Shown here piece after piece: positions 51,129 to 60,318 of a stretch of 64,000 bases of DNA. Each line of letters opens with the position of its first letter. Within the stretch, counting starts at the first letter, position 1. A program made the position numbers and the translations under genes. Below the pieces are notes generated by a model, which saw only the letters and a program-made list of their open reading frames with translations, was not told the origin of the DNA and did no database searches. The DNA is from an uncultured Alphaproteobacteria bacterium. GTDB taxonomy: Bacteria > Pseudomonadota > Alphaproteobacteria > Rhizobiales > Xanthobacteraceae. The stretch covers positions 7,225-71,224 of the forward strand of contig CAVUHE010000021.1 of assembly GCA_963741185.1 (NCBI GenBank), in the 5' to 3' direction.

Positions 51129-51518
51129 TCACCACATATTGAGAACGAGGCGGGCCTCGTCGGACATCCGATCCGGCGTCCACGCCGGATCCCACACCAG
51201 ATTGACATTGACGACGCCGACACCGGGAACGCTGGCGACCGCATTCTCGACCATCTGCGGCAATTCTCCGGCCGCCGGGCAGTTCGGCGTGGTCAGCGTC
51301 ATCAACACGTCGACGGAACGGTCGTCCTTGAGGTCGACCTTGTAGATCAGGCCGAGCTCATAGATATCGGCGGGTATTTCCGGGTCGAACACGGTCTTCA
51401 GCGCGGCCACGATTTCACCGCTCAGCCGCTCGGTTTCCTCCGGCGGCAGCGCCGAATGCGTTTCCATATTGCTGGTTTTGACGTCGATATCCTTAACTTC
51501 AGGATTCTCTGGCTTCAA
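51129..51518 (-). CDS. sufT: SUF system Fe-S assembly protein SufT (DUF59)
   Basis: VFDPEIPADIYELGLIY...LTTPNCPAAG. Confidence 0.8.
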   Translation of the reverse strand: MKPENPEVKDIDVKTSNMETHSALPPEETERLSGEIVAALKTVFDPEIPADIYELGLIYKVDLKDDRSVDVLMTLTTPNCPAAGELPQMVENAVASVPGVGVVNVNLVWDPAWTPDRMSDEARLVLNMW

Positions 51519-51527
51519 CAGTGTCGG

Positions 51528-52776
51528 TCATGAGAACAATTCCCGCGCCTTGATCAGCGCCTGTGCCAGCTGGTCGACTTCTTCACGTGTATTATACATT
51601 CCGAACGACGCCCGGCACGTCGCCGTTACATTGAACCGCTCTAAAAGCGGCATCACGCAATGGGTGCCGGCACGCACCGCGATGCCCTGGCGGTCGATCA
51701 CGGTCGCGACATCGTGGGGATGGGCCCCCTTCATCTCGAACGAGATCACCGGTCCCTTGCCCCTGGCTGTACCGATCATGCGCAACGAGTTGATTTCGCG
51801 TAAGCGTTCCTCGGCATAGGTCAAAAGATCGTGCTCGTGGGCTGCGATGCGCGTCCTTGCCGATCGAATTGACGTAGTCAATCGCCGCACCCAGTCCCAC
51901 CGCTTCGACGATCGCCGGCGTCCCCGCCTCGAATTTATGCGGCGGATCGCCATAGGTGACCCAGTCCTGCGCGACCTCGCGGATCATCTCGCCGCCGCCA
52001 TTGTAGGGGCGCATCGCCGCGAGATGGTCGTATCTGGCATGGAGCACGCCGATGCCCGTTGGCCCGTAGAGTTTGTGGCCGGTGAAAACATAGAAGTCGG
52101 CGTCGATGTCCTGCACGTCGATCGCGAGGTGCACGGCAGCCTGGCTGCCGTCCACGAGCACCGGGATGCCGCGGCCATGCGCGATCCTGACCACGTCCTT
52201 GACCGGCACGATGGTGCCGAGCGCGTTTGACATCTGCGTGATGGCGACCAGTTTGGTTCGCGCCGTCAGCAGCTTTTCGAATTCCTCGATCAGGAAATTG
52301 CCGTCGTCATCCACCGGCGCCCATTTGATGACCGCGCCGTGACGTTCCCGAAGAAAATGCCAGGGCACGATGTTGGAGTGGTGCTCCATGATCGAGAGCA
52401 CGATCTCGTCGCCCGCCTTGATGTTCGGCTCGCCCCACGAGGAGGCGACGAGGTTGATCGCTTCCGTCGCGTTGCGGGTAAAGACGATTTCTTCGGTCCG
52501 CGCGGCGTTGAGGAATTTCGCCACCTTGGCGCGGCCGCCCTCATAGGCTTCGGTCGCGGCGTTGGCGAGGTAATGCAAGCCTCGATGCACATTGGCGTAT
52601 TCGGTCTTGTAGGCCTGCGTCATGCGGTCGAGCACCGCATTGGGCTTCTGCGCGGAGGCTGCGTTGTCGAGATAGACCAGCGGCTTGCCATAGACCTTGA
52701 GCGCCAGTGCGGGAAAATCCTCCCGGACCCGGGCGACGTCGTATGAACCGTTTGCGACCGCCGGATGCATGATCAT
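51528..52776 (-). pseudogene. sufS: cysteine desulfurase SufS interrupted by a +1 frameshift near 51849-51853
   Basis: N-terminal ~310 aa lie in the frame of ORF 51592..52794 (to ...AIDYVNSIGKD). The C-terminal part (IAAHEHDLLTYAEE...RAGTHCVMPLL...) lies in the frame of ORF 51528..51953. The start ATG overlaps the sufD stop (ATGA). Confidence 0.8.
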
Positions 52777-54101
52777 CCCCGTGCCTCGAGCCAACGCCGC
52801 GCCGTCGAGATCGCAAGCTCGCGCAAGACATCACTTGCGACCGACTCGATCGCCTCGCCAACGAACGCCTGGATCAGCAGCGCCTGCGCCTCCTTTTCGG
52901 AAAGACCGCGCGCGCGCAGGTAAAACAACAGGCTCTCGTCCAGCGCACCGGTGGTCGCGCCATGGCCACAGGTCACATCGTCGGCGAAAATCTCCAGTTC
53001 CGGCTTGTTGTCGGCTTCGGCCTCGTCGGACAACAGCAGCGCGCGCGTCATCATCTTGGCGTCGGTCTTTTGCGCGCCGGGGCGGACAATGATGCGGCCC
53101 TGAAACACCGAATGCGCGCGGTCATCGACGACGGCCCGGAAGATTTCACGGCTCGCACAATGTGGTACGGCGTGATCCAGGAACAGCGTGGTGTCCGCAT
53201 GCTGGCGGCCATTGAGCAAATTGACGCCATTGGCGCTGACTTCGGCGCCCTCGCCCGTAAACGTCAGGTATCCCTGATAACGGCTCACGCCGCCACCGCT
53301 CGTCATATTGAAGGTGTTGAGACGGGCTTTCGCGCCGATGGTGAAAATGGAAGTCGAGATATTGATTGCATCCGGTGCATCGACCATCAGCCGCACGTGC
53401 TGGAGTTCGGCGTCCTCGCCAAGCCACACGTTGACGGCATCGTTCACCTGATAGGCTTGCGCACCATCCGCGGCGACGAAACTCTCCAGCAATGTCGCAC
53501 GTGCCCCCTTGCCGACCTTCAGGAACGAGCGGCTATAGGATGCGGCCGACGAACGTGTCGCGACATGCACGATGTGCAGCGACTTGCCCGGCGCGGCTCG
53601 CTCGGCGATCGTGATCAACGCACCATCGGTTGCCATCGCCGCGTTCAGCGAGATCATCGGGCCGGAGGCCGCGCCGTTATTGAGCAAATCGGCTCGCGCC
53701 TGGTTGCCAGCATCCTCCAGCGCCTCGCGGAGTGTTCGCACGCCGACCCCGGCCTCCAGGGCGGAAAGTTGCGAGAGCGCCGGCGACAACACGCCGTCAA
53801 CCAGCACCAGAAGCTGCGCATCCACCGTTGCGATTGAGGCCAAGGCCGCCTTGGCGCGCTCAAGCGCTGCGGCGTCTGGCGTCGCGGCCAGCGGAAGCAC
53901 CTCGCGCATCAGCGCGCGCAGATCGGTGTATTTCCATTCCTCGACCCGGCGGTTCGGAAGACCTGCACGCTCATAGGCCTCAAAGGCCCGCTGGCGGACC
54001 TCCGCAACCACGCCTGCGCCAGGCAGCCGGTCGCGAGCGGTCGCGAAAATATCGCCCAGCGCGCGTGCGGTGTCGGTTTTTGCCAGTGCCAGATTCATCA
54101 T
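52773..54101 (-). CDS. sufD: Fe-S cluster assembly protein SufD
   Basis: 442 aa. C-terminal SufBD beta-helix motifs (DDVTCGHGATTG, LFYLRARG). Confidence 0.88.
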   Translation of the reverse strand: MMNLALAKTDTARALGDIFATARDRLPGAGVVAEVRQRAFEAYERAGLPNRRVEEWKYTDLRALMREVLPLAATPDAAALERAKAALASIATVDAQLLVLVDGVLSPALSQLSALEAGVGVRTLREALEDAGNQARADLLNNGAASGPMISLNAAMATDGALITIAERAAPGKSLHIVHVATRSSAASYSRSFLKVGKGARATLLESFVAADGAQAYQVNDAVNVWLGEDAELQHVRLMVDAPDAINISTSIFTIGAKARLNTFNMTSGGGVSRYQGYLTFTGEGAEVSANGVNLLNGRQHADTTLFLDHAVPHCASREIFRAVVDDRAHSVFQGRIIVRPGAQKTDAKMMTRALLLSDEAEADNKPELEIFADDVTCGHGATTGALDESLLFYLRARGLSEKEAQALLIQAFVGEAIESVASDVLRELAISTARRWLEARG

Positions 54102-54129
54102 CGATTCCGTTTTGGATCAGGTCCGAGCG

Positions 54130-54882
54130 TCAGGCCGCGTCCTCGAATTGAGCGTAACCGGAAGCCTCGAGTTCCAGCGCCAGTTGCTTGTCGCCGCTCT
54201 TCACCACGCGGCCTTTTGACATCACGTGCACGAAGTCCGGCACGATGTAGTTCAACAGCCGCTGATAATGCGTGATCACCACCATCGCGCGCTTGGGCGA
54301 ACGCAACGCGTTGACGCCGTCGGCGGCAATGCGCAGCGCGTCGATGTCAAGACCGGAGTCCATTTCGTCCAAAATGCACAGGCTCGGCTCGAACAGCGCC
54401 ATCTGGAGAATTTCGTTGCGCTTCTTTTCGCCGCCGGAGAAGCCGACATTGACGCCGCGACGAAGCATGTCCTGCGGAATGTTCAGCCGGCTTGCGACTT
54501 CGCGCACCTTCTTCAGGAAATCAGGCGTTGAGAATTCCCCCTCGCCACGCGCCTTGCGTTGGGCGTTCAGCGCCGTGCGCAGGAAATTCATGGTGGCCAC
54601 ACCGGGAATCTCGACCGGATACTGGAAGGCGAGGAACACGCCCTTGGCGGCGCGCTCGTCGGGCGACATTTCGAGGAGATTCTCGCCCCTGAACAGGATC
54701 TCGCCGCCGGTGACTTCGTAGCCCGGCTTGCCGGCGATAACATGAGAGAGCGTCGATTTGCCGGAGCCGTTCGGCCCCATGATCGCATGCACCTCGCCCT
54801 CGTTCACGGTGAGCGAAAGCCCGTGGAGAATCTCCCGGTCCTCGACGCTGACTTGCAGATTTTTGACTTCGAGTAGTGCCAT
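54130..54882 (-). CDS. sufC: Fe-S cluster assembly ATPase SufC
   Basis: GPNGSGKST Walker A, LSGGEKKR-like signature (FSGGEKKRNEI) and ILDEMDSGLD. Confidence 0.93.
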   Translation of the reverse strand: MALLEVKNLQVSVEDREILHGLSLTVNEGEVHAIMGPNGSGKSTLSHVIAGKPGYEVTGGEILFRGENLLEMSPDERAAKGVFLAFQYPVEIPGVATMNFLRTALNAQRKARGEGEFSTPDFLKKVREVASRLNIPQDMLRRGVNVGFSGGEKKRNEILQMALFEPSLCILDEMDSGLDIDALRIAADGVNALRSPKRAMVVITHYQRLLNYIVPDFVHVMSKGRVVKSGDKQLALELEASGYAQFEDAA

Positions 54883-54918
54883 TAGTCTGAAACCCTGTTC
54901 TCGGCTTTTGCTGGCCGG

Positions 54919-55284
54919 CTAGATCCGGACGCCTTCGGGGGCCGTGTAAGTTTGATCCACAACGTTGCCGGTGTTGCGAACGCCAGCCGGCTCAAAAATG
55001 ATGATCTCCGCTTCCTCGTCGGCGGCGGTCCGATGTTCCACGCCGCGCTTCACGACAACGGCCTCGCCGGGTCCGAGATGAACGATCCGGTCGCGGAATT
55101 CCACGCGAAATCGTCCCTTCCAGACCAGGAAAAATTCGTCCTCGGCGTCGTGCTTGTGCCAGGGAAATTCGCCCTGAACCTTCACCAGCTTGACGTCCTG
55201 TTCGTTCAACGATGCAACCGTCTTTGGCCGCCAATGCTCCGTGAATAATGCAAACTTCTCGTCGAGGCTGATTTTTCCAGACAT
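54919..55284 (-). CDS. cupin domain protein embedded between sufB and sufC
   Basis: FPWHKHDAEDEFFLVWKG...GVEHR. Only 3 nt separate it from the sufB stop. Confidence 0.7.
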   Translation of the reverse strand: MSGKISLDEKFALFTEHWRPKTVASLNEQDVKLVKVQGEFPWHKHDAEDEFFLVWKGRFRVEFRDRIVHLGPGEAVVVKRGVEHRTAADEEAEIIIFEPAGVRNTGNVVDQTYTAPEGVRI

Positions 55285-55287
55285 CGC

Positions 55288-56769
55288 TTAGCCCACACTG
55301 CCTTCGAGCGAGATCGAGATGAGCTTCTGTGCCTCAACGGCGAATTCCATCGGCAGTTGCTGCAGCACGTCCTTCACAAAGCCGTTGACCACAAGGCCAA
55401 CCGCCTCTTCCTGACTCAAGCCGCGCTGCACGCAATAGAACAACACGTCTTCGGAAATCTTCGACGTGGTGGCTTCATGTTCGAACAGCGCCGAGGAATT
55501 TTTGGCTTCCACGTACGGAACGGTATGCGCGCCGCACTTGTCGCCGATCAGAAGCGAGTCACAGGCGGTGTAGTTGCGCGCCCCCGTCGCCTTCCGATGC
55601 GCGGTGACGAGGCCGCGATAGGTGTTCTGCGACACGCCCGCGGCGATGCCCTTCGAGATGATCCGGCTCGTCGTGTTCTTGCCGAGATGGATCATCTTGG
55701 TGCCGGAATCGACCTGCTGGTGGCCGTTCGAAATCGCGATCGAGTAGAACTCGCCGCGCGAATTGTCGCCGCGCAGGATGCAGCTCGGATATTTCCAGGT
55801 GATCGCCGAACCGGTCTCGACCTGGGTCCAGGAAATCTTCGAATTGTTGCCGCGGCAATCGCCACGCTTGGTGACGAAATTGTAGATGCCACCCTTGCCT
55901 TCCGAGTTGCCGGGGTACCAGTTCTGCACCGTCGAATATTTGATTTCGGCATCGTCAAGCGTCACCAGTTCGACCACGGCGGCGTGAAGCTGGTTCTCAT
56001 CGCGCTGCGGCGCGGTGCAGCCTTCGAGATAGCTGACGTAAGAACCCTTGTCGGCGATGATCAGTGTGCGCTCGAATTGTCCGGTGTTGCGCTCGTTGAT
56101 GCGGAAATAAGTGGACAGTTCCATCGGGCAGCGCACGCCCGGTGGCACGTAGACGAACGAGCCGTCGGAAAACACCGCCGAATTCAAGGTGGCGAAGAAA
56201 TTGTCCGAGGTCGGCACCACCGAGCCGAGATACTTCCTCACGAGATCGGGGTGCTCGCGGATCGCCTCCGAAATCGGCATGAAGATCACGCCGGCCTGTT
56301 TTAACTCTTTCTGGAACGTGGTCGCGACCGACACCGAATCGAACACCGCATCCACCGCAATGCGTCGCTCGCCCTCGGGCCGCACGACGCCCTCCAGCAC
56401 TTCCACCTCGCGCAAGGGAATGCCGAGCTTCTCGTAGGTTTTAAGGATTTCCGGATCGATTTCGTCGAGCGAACCGATCGTCTTCTTGGGCTTCGGCGCC
56501 GAATAGTAATAAAGGTCCTGGTACTCGATCTTCGGATAATTGACGCGCGCCCAGGTCGGCTCGGCCATGGTCAGCCAGCGGCGATAGGCCTCCAGACGCC
56601 ACTCCAGCATCCAGGCGGGTTCGTTCTTTTTTGCGGAGATGAAGCGGACGGTATCTTCCGACAACCCCTTCGGGGCCTTCTCGGACTCGATAAGCGTCTC
56701 AAATCCATATCGATACTGATCGACGTCGATCTGGCGAACCCGATCGACCGTCTCTTGTACGGCAGCCAT
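55288..56769 (-). CDS. sufB: Fe-S cluster assembly scaffold SufB
   Basis: 493 aa. Highly conserved SufB sequence ([30 protein letters not shown]). Confidence 0.93.
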   Translation of the reverse strand: MAAVQETVDRVRQIDVDQYRYGFETLIESEKAPKGLSEDTVRFISAKKNEPAWMLEWRLEAYRRWLTMAEPTWARVNYPKIEYQDLYYYSAPKPKKTIGSLDEIDPEILKTYEKLGIPLREVEVLEGVVRPEGERRIAVDAVFDSVSVATTFQKELKQAGVIFMPISEAIREHPDLVRKYLGSVVPTSDNFFATLNSAVFSDGSFVYVPPGVRCPMELSTYFRINERNTGQFERTLIIADKGSYVSYLEGCTAPQRDENQLHAAVVELVTLDDAEIKYSTVQNWYPGNSEGKGGIYNFVTKRGDCRGNNSKISWTQVETGSAITWKYPSCILRGDNSRGEFYSIAISNGHQQVDSGTKMIHLGKNTTSRIISKGIAAGVSQNTYRGLVTAHRKATGARNYTACDSLLIGDKCGAHTVPYVEAKNSSALFEHEATTSKISEDVLFYCVQRGLSQEEAVGLVVNGFVKDVLQQLPMEFAVEAQKLISISLEGSVG

Positions 56770-56864
56770 TCTCTTCCTCCGCTCGCGGTTTCAAGGACCG
56801 CGGTGGATCAATTCCGAAAGACCATTACGATGTTTCGCGGGCGAAATCACCTGCTTAGAACCGT

Positions 56865-58022
56865 TCAAGCCGTGTTTCGTCGCTGATCCTTAAGTAGGCT
56901 ACCGGCGAGCTTTCGCCAAGCCTCAAGGCAGTAATCAATGTCCGCGTCCTGGGTTGACCAGCCCAGACTGAGGCGCACCGCTCCTTGCGCGATGTCGCGG
57001 TCAAATCCCATGGCTTCCAGCACATGAGAGGGCTGCACCTTGCCGGATGAGCAGGCAGAGCCCGAGGACACCGCGATCCCGGCCAGATCGAAGCCAATCA
57101 CCGCGGTTTCGGCCCTTAGACCCGGAACCGTAAAGAGCGTTGTATTAGGCAGCCGCGGAGCCGCATCGGAGAACACGATGGCGCCTGGGGTCCGCCGCAG
57201 GCCCTCTTCCAGCCGTCTTCGCAAACCATCGAGGCGGACAGCATCGCGCTCCAGCGCCGCCAGGGCGGCTTTGGCGGCGGCGCCGAACCCAGCAATCCCC
57301 ACGACATTCTCGGTTCCCGCCCGCCTGCTTATTTCCTGACCGCCGCCGCGCAGAAGTGGCTCCAATCCACTTAGCCGCTCGGCCAGGACAAGCGCCCCGA
57401 CCCCCTTGGGGCCGCCAATCTTGTGCGCGGAAAGCGTCACCAGATCGGCACCTAACTCGTTAATATCAAATGGTATTTTTCCAAATCCCTGGATCGCGTC
57501 GACATGCAGCAGACCACCCTCGGCGTGGACGATCTCGGCTGCCGCGGCAATCGGCTGGACCGCGCCTGTTTCATTGTTGGCTAGCATCACCGACACCAGC
57601 GCCGGCGGCTTGCCCTGAAGCAATCGACGCAAATGGGCAGGATCGATGAGCCCAGAGCGCGTTACGCCGACGATTTCGATCGCCTCGCGGGGAAATCGCC
57701 CGCCCGCGAGCACAGAGGCATGCTCGATGGCCGAAACCACGAGCCTCTGGACGGGTGGGTTCGGTTCCCGCTTGAGCCCCCGGCGCATGGCCAGCGCGTT
57801 GGCCTCCGTCCCGCCCGAAGTGAAGATGACGTTCCGCGGCTGGGCGCCGACCGCGCCAGCGACGGCGGTGCGGGCATCCTCGACCAATTTGCGCGCCTGG
57901 CGGCCCTCGGCGTGAACGGACGACGGGTTCCCGCAAAGCTCCATGGCTGCGGTCATGGACTCCTTCGCTTCGACGCGAAGCGGTGTGGTCGCATTCCAAT
58001 CAAGGTAGATACGGTCGGACAT
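56865..58022 (-). CDS. cysteine desulfurase (NifS/IscS-type class V aminotransferase)
   Basis: IYLDWNATTP, SAHKIGGPKGVG (the PLP Lys) and SSGSACSSG (the catalytic Cys loop). Confidence 0.88.
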   Translation of the reverse strand: MSDRIYLDWNATTPLRVEAKESMTAAMELCGNPSSVHAEGRQARKLVEDARTAVAGAVGAQPRNVIFTSGGTEANALAMRRGLKREPNPPVQRLVVSAIEHASVLAGGRFPREAIEIVGVTRSGLIDPAHLRRLLQGKPPALVSVMLANNETGAVQPIAAAAEIVHAEGGLLHVDAIQGFGKIPFDINELGADLVTLSAHKIGGPKGVGALVLAERLSGLEPLLRGGGQEISRRAGTENVVGIAGFGAAAKAALAALERDAVRLDGLRRRLEEGLRRTPGAIVFSDAAPRLPNTTLFTVPGLRAETAVIGFDLAGIAVSSGSACSSGKVQPSHVLEAMGFDRDIAQGAVRLSLGWSTQDADIDYCLEAWRKLAGSLLKDQRRNTA

Positions 58023-58351
58023 TGAAGTAATATAGTACCTTAAATTTTGGACGTATCGAACAATGCGCGCTCGGTCCGGATCTGTCGGTCAACAATTGGC
58101 CTTATGCCAGTTGGCGATCGCTGCGTCTGGTTGCAATCGAAGCGCCGACGTCTCCGGAAGCCTTCCCGGGTGTTCAAAACCCTTGCTTTTTGCCCCTCGG
58201 CTCATGTTAGAACGCGGCCTCCAGTTCACCAGCGCCGTTCGCGCATCGCCCATCGGCGTCTGATCAGCCCCTTATCTTCCTGCGAGGTTCTATCTGCCGA
58301 TGCGCCAGATAGAGCCAGCAACAAGGCGGTTGATTTTGCCAAGGACCATCA

Positions 58352-58999
58352 ATGCCTGAAGTCATTTTCACCGGCCCCGCGGGCCGCCTCGAAGGCCGTT
58401 ATCATCCGGCGAAGCAGAAGAACGCCCCAATCGCGATGATCCTGCACCCGCATCCGCAATTTCACGGCACGATGAACCACCAGATCGTCTATCAGTGCTA
58501 CTACGCGTTCGCCCATCGCGGTTTTTCGGTGCTGCGTTTCAATTTCCGCGGCGTTGGCCGCAGCCAGGGCTCGTTCGATCACGGCACCGGTGAACTCTCG
58601 GATGCAGCTTCCGCGCTCGATTGGGCGCAGACCATCAATCCGGAAGCGCGCGCTTGCTGGGTCGCGGGATTTTCCTTCGGTGCCTGGATCGGCATGCAGC
58701 TCTTGATGCGCCGCCCGGAGGTCGAAGGGTTTATTTCGATCGCGCCGCCCGCCAATCTTTACGACTTCTCGTTCCTTGCACCCTGCCCGTCTTCGGGCCT
58801 GATCGTGCATGGCGAGAAGGACGCCGTCGTGCCGCCCAAGGACGTCAATACGCTGGTCGAAAAACTGAAGACGCAGAAGGGCATCGTGATCGATCAGCAG
58901 ATCATTCCCGGCGCCAACCATTTCTTCGACGGCAAGCTTGAGCCGTTGATGCAGACGGTGACCGGCTATCTCGACATGCGGCTTGCCAACGTCCGATAG
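58352..58999 (+). CDS. alpha/beta hydrolase (COG2945-like)
   Basis: LRFNFRGVGRSQG and GFSFGAW nucleophile elbow. 215 aa. Confidence 0.8.
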   Translation: MPEVIFTGPAGRLEGRYHPAKQKNAPIAMILHPHPQFHGTMNHQIVYQCYYAFAHRGFSVLRFNFRGVGRSQGSFDHGTGELSDAASALDWAQTINPEARACWVAGFSFGAWIGMQLLMRRPEVEGFISIAPPANLYDFSFLAPCPSSGLIVHGEKDAVVPPKDVNTLVEKLKTQKGIVIDQQIIPGANHFFDGKLEPLMQTVTGYLDMRLANVR

Positions 59000-59023
59000 G
59001 CCCAGTGCGGCCATAGGATCACC

Positions 59024-59536
59024 ATGAGTTCGTTCGTGGCGCTTCTGCGGGCGGTCAATGTCGGCGGCACCGGCAAACTGCCGATGAGCGAGCTCAAGCA
59101 AATCTGCGAGGAACTCGGCTTCGGCACAGTCCGCACTTACATCGCCAGCGGCAATGTCGCTTTCACCAGCAGAAAGTCCGAAGCCACGGTCAAGGCGATG
59201 CTTGAAAAGCGCCTTGAGGCCTATGCCGGCAAGCCTGTCGGCGTTTTGGTGCGCACCGCGGCCGAAATGGCGCAGGTGCTCGCCGACAATCCATTTCCGA
59301 AGACAGCGCCTAACCGGACCATGGCGGTGTTCCTCGACCGCGCGCCACCTGCCGACACGCTGGCCGGCATTCGCGGCCAACGCAGCGAGCAGGTCCGTTT
59401 GGGCCGCCGCGAAATCTACATCCACTACGGCGAGGGCATGGGCACTTCGAAGCTGGTCGTTGCCGCCGCCAAAACGGGGACCGCGCGGAACATGAATACC
59501 GTTGCGGCGCTCGCCCGGATGGCCGCCGAGTTCTGA
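59024..59536 (+). CDS. DUF1697 domain protein
   Basis: FVALLRAVNVGGTGKLPMSELK...YIASGNV. Confidence 0.75.
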   Translation: MSSFVALLRAVNVGGTGKLPMSELKQICEELGFGTVRTYIASGNVAFTSRKSEATVKAMLEKRLEAYAGKPVGVLVRTAAEMAQVLADNPFPKTAPNRTMAVFLDRAPPADTLAGIRGQRSEQVRLGRREIYIHYGEGMGTSKLVVAAAKTGTARNMNTVAALARMAAEF

Positions 59537-59551
59537 ATCGGAACGGAGTGA

Positions 59552-60227
59552 TTACGCCGCCGCCTTCTCCTGCAGGCGCGATATCCAGGAATTCCGCCGC
59601 TTGAGAAAATCGCGCAGTAGCGCCCTATATTCGGCGCTGACGGCCGAGCGCACCGACGGCCGTTGTGCGAGCGATCCGCGCCACTCCGCCAGCCTCGGCT
59701 TTTTCGCGAGAATGCCGAAATCGCCGATCTCGTCTAACACGTCGAAATAGCGAAACACCGGGCCGAACACGGCATCGACCAGCGAGAAGCTTTCGCCATC
59801 AAACCACGGCGCTGCCTTCACGCGCGCCTCGAGCCGCGCAAAGCGCTGCTCCAACTGGACGGTCTTGCCTTGAAACGCCACGTCGTTTGGCGCGCCATAA
59901 AACCCTGCGATGTCATTGAGGACAGCCGATCCGAATTCAATCCAGCCGCGGTGCTCGGCGCGGCGCAATGCATCGGCAGGATGCAACGGCCTCGGCTGGG
60001 TTTCCTCGAGGTATTCGAGGATGACGGCGGAATTCGAAAATCGCGGTATCGCCGACCTGCAGCACCGGCGTCCTGCCGAGCGGAGAGATCGCCAAAAACC
60101 AATCCGGCTTGTTAGCGAGATCGACGTCGATTCGCTCAAAGGCTGTGCCCTTCTCGGTCAGCGAGATCACCGCGCGTTGGACATAGGGACAGAGCTTGTG
60201 GCTGATCAGTTTGAGGGGGGCGGCCAT
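59552..60227 (-). pseudogene. glutathione S-transferase interrupted by a +1 frameshift near 60031-60032
   Basis: The N-terminal domain is in ORF 59937..60227 (MAAPLKLISHKLCPYVQRA...PVLQVGDTAIFE). It continues in the frame of ORF 59552..60139 (SAVILEYLEETQP...). The junction GAA|T|TCC carries one extra T. Confidence 0.7.
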
Positions 60228-60265
60228 CGCTAGCTCAACGGGTTGATGCAGGCCCGCCGATTTAT

Positions 60266-60306
60266 ATGCATTTGCATCAAATAGTCAAGTTAGATGCAAT
60301 TGCATC
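60266..60306. promoter_or_regulatory. tandem operator-like palindromes (TTGATGCAA-TGCATC type) upstream of the GST gene
   Basis: ATGCATTTGCATCAA at 60266-60280, the perfect 14-bp palindrome GATGCAATTGCATC at 60293-60306, and an extra half-site TTGATGCA at 60243-60250. Confidence 0.45.
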
Positions 60307-60318
60307 AACTAAGCGTGT

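Noticed and set aside
55357-56304. 315-aa plus-strand ORF
   Set aside because: It is antisense to the highly conserved sufB, so it is a shadow ORF. The same reasoning applies to 16347..17048 (antisense to epmB), 43307..43969 (antisense to the SDR gene), 48857..49768 (antisense to the GGDEF gene) and 58349..59425 (antisense to two plus-strand genes).
58023-58351. Iron/Fe-S regulator boxes (Irr ICE TTTAGAA-N3-TTCTAAA, RirA IRO, IscR) in the divergent suf promoter region
   Set aside because: I saw only an AT-rich stretch (ATACGTCCAAAATTTAAGGTACTAT on the minus strand, about 58028-58062) with weak dyad symmetry. There is no convincing match to any consensus I can recall.
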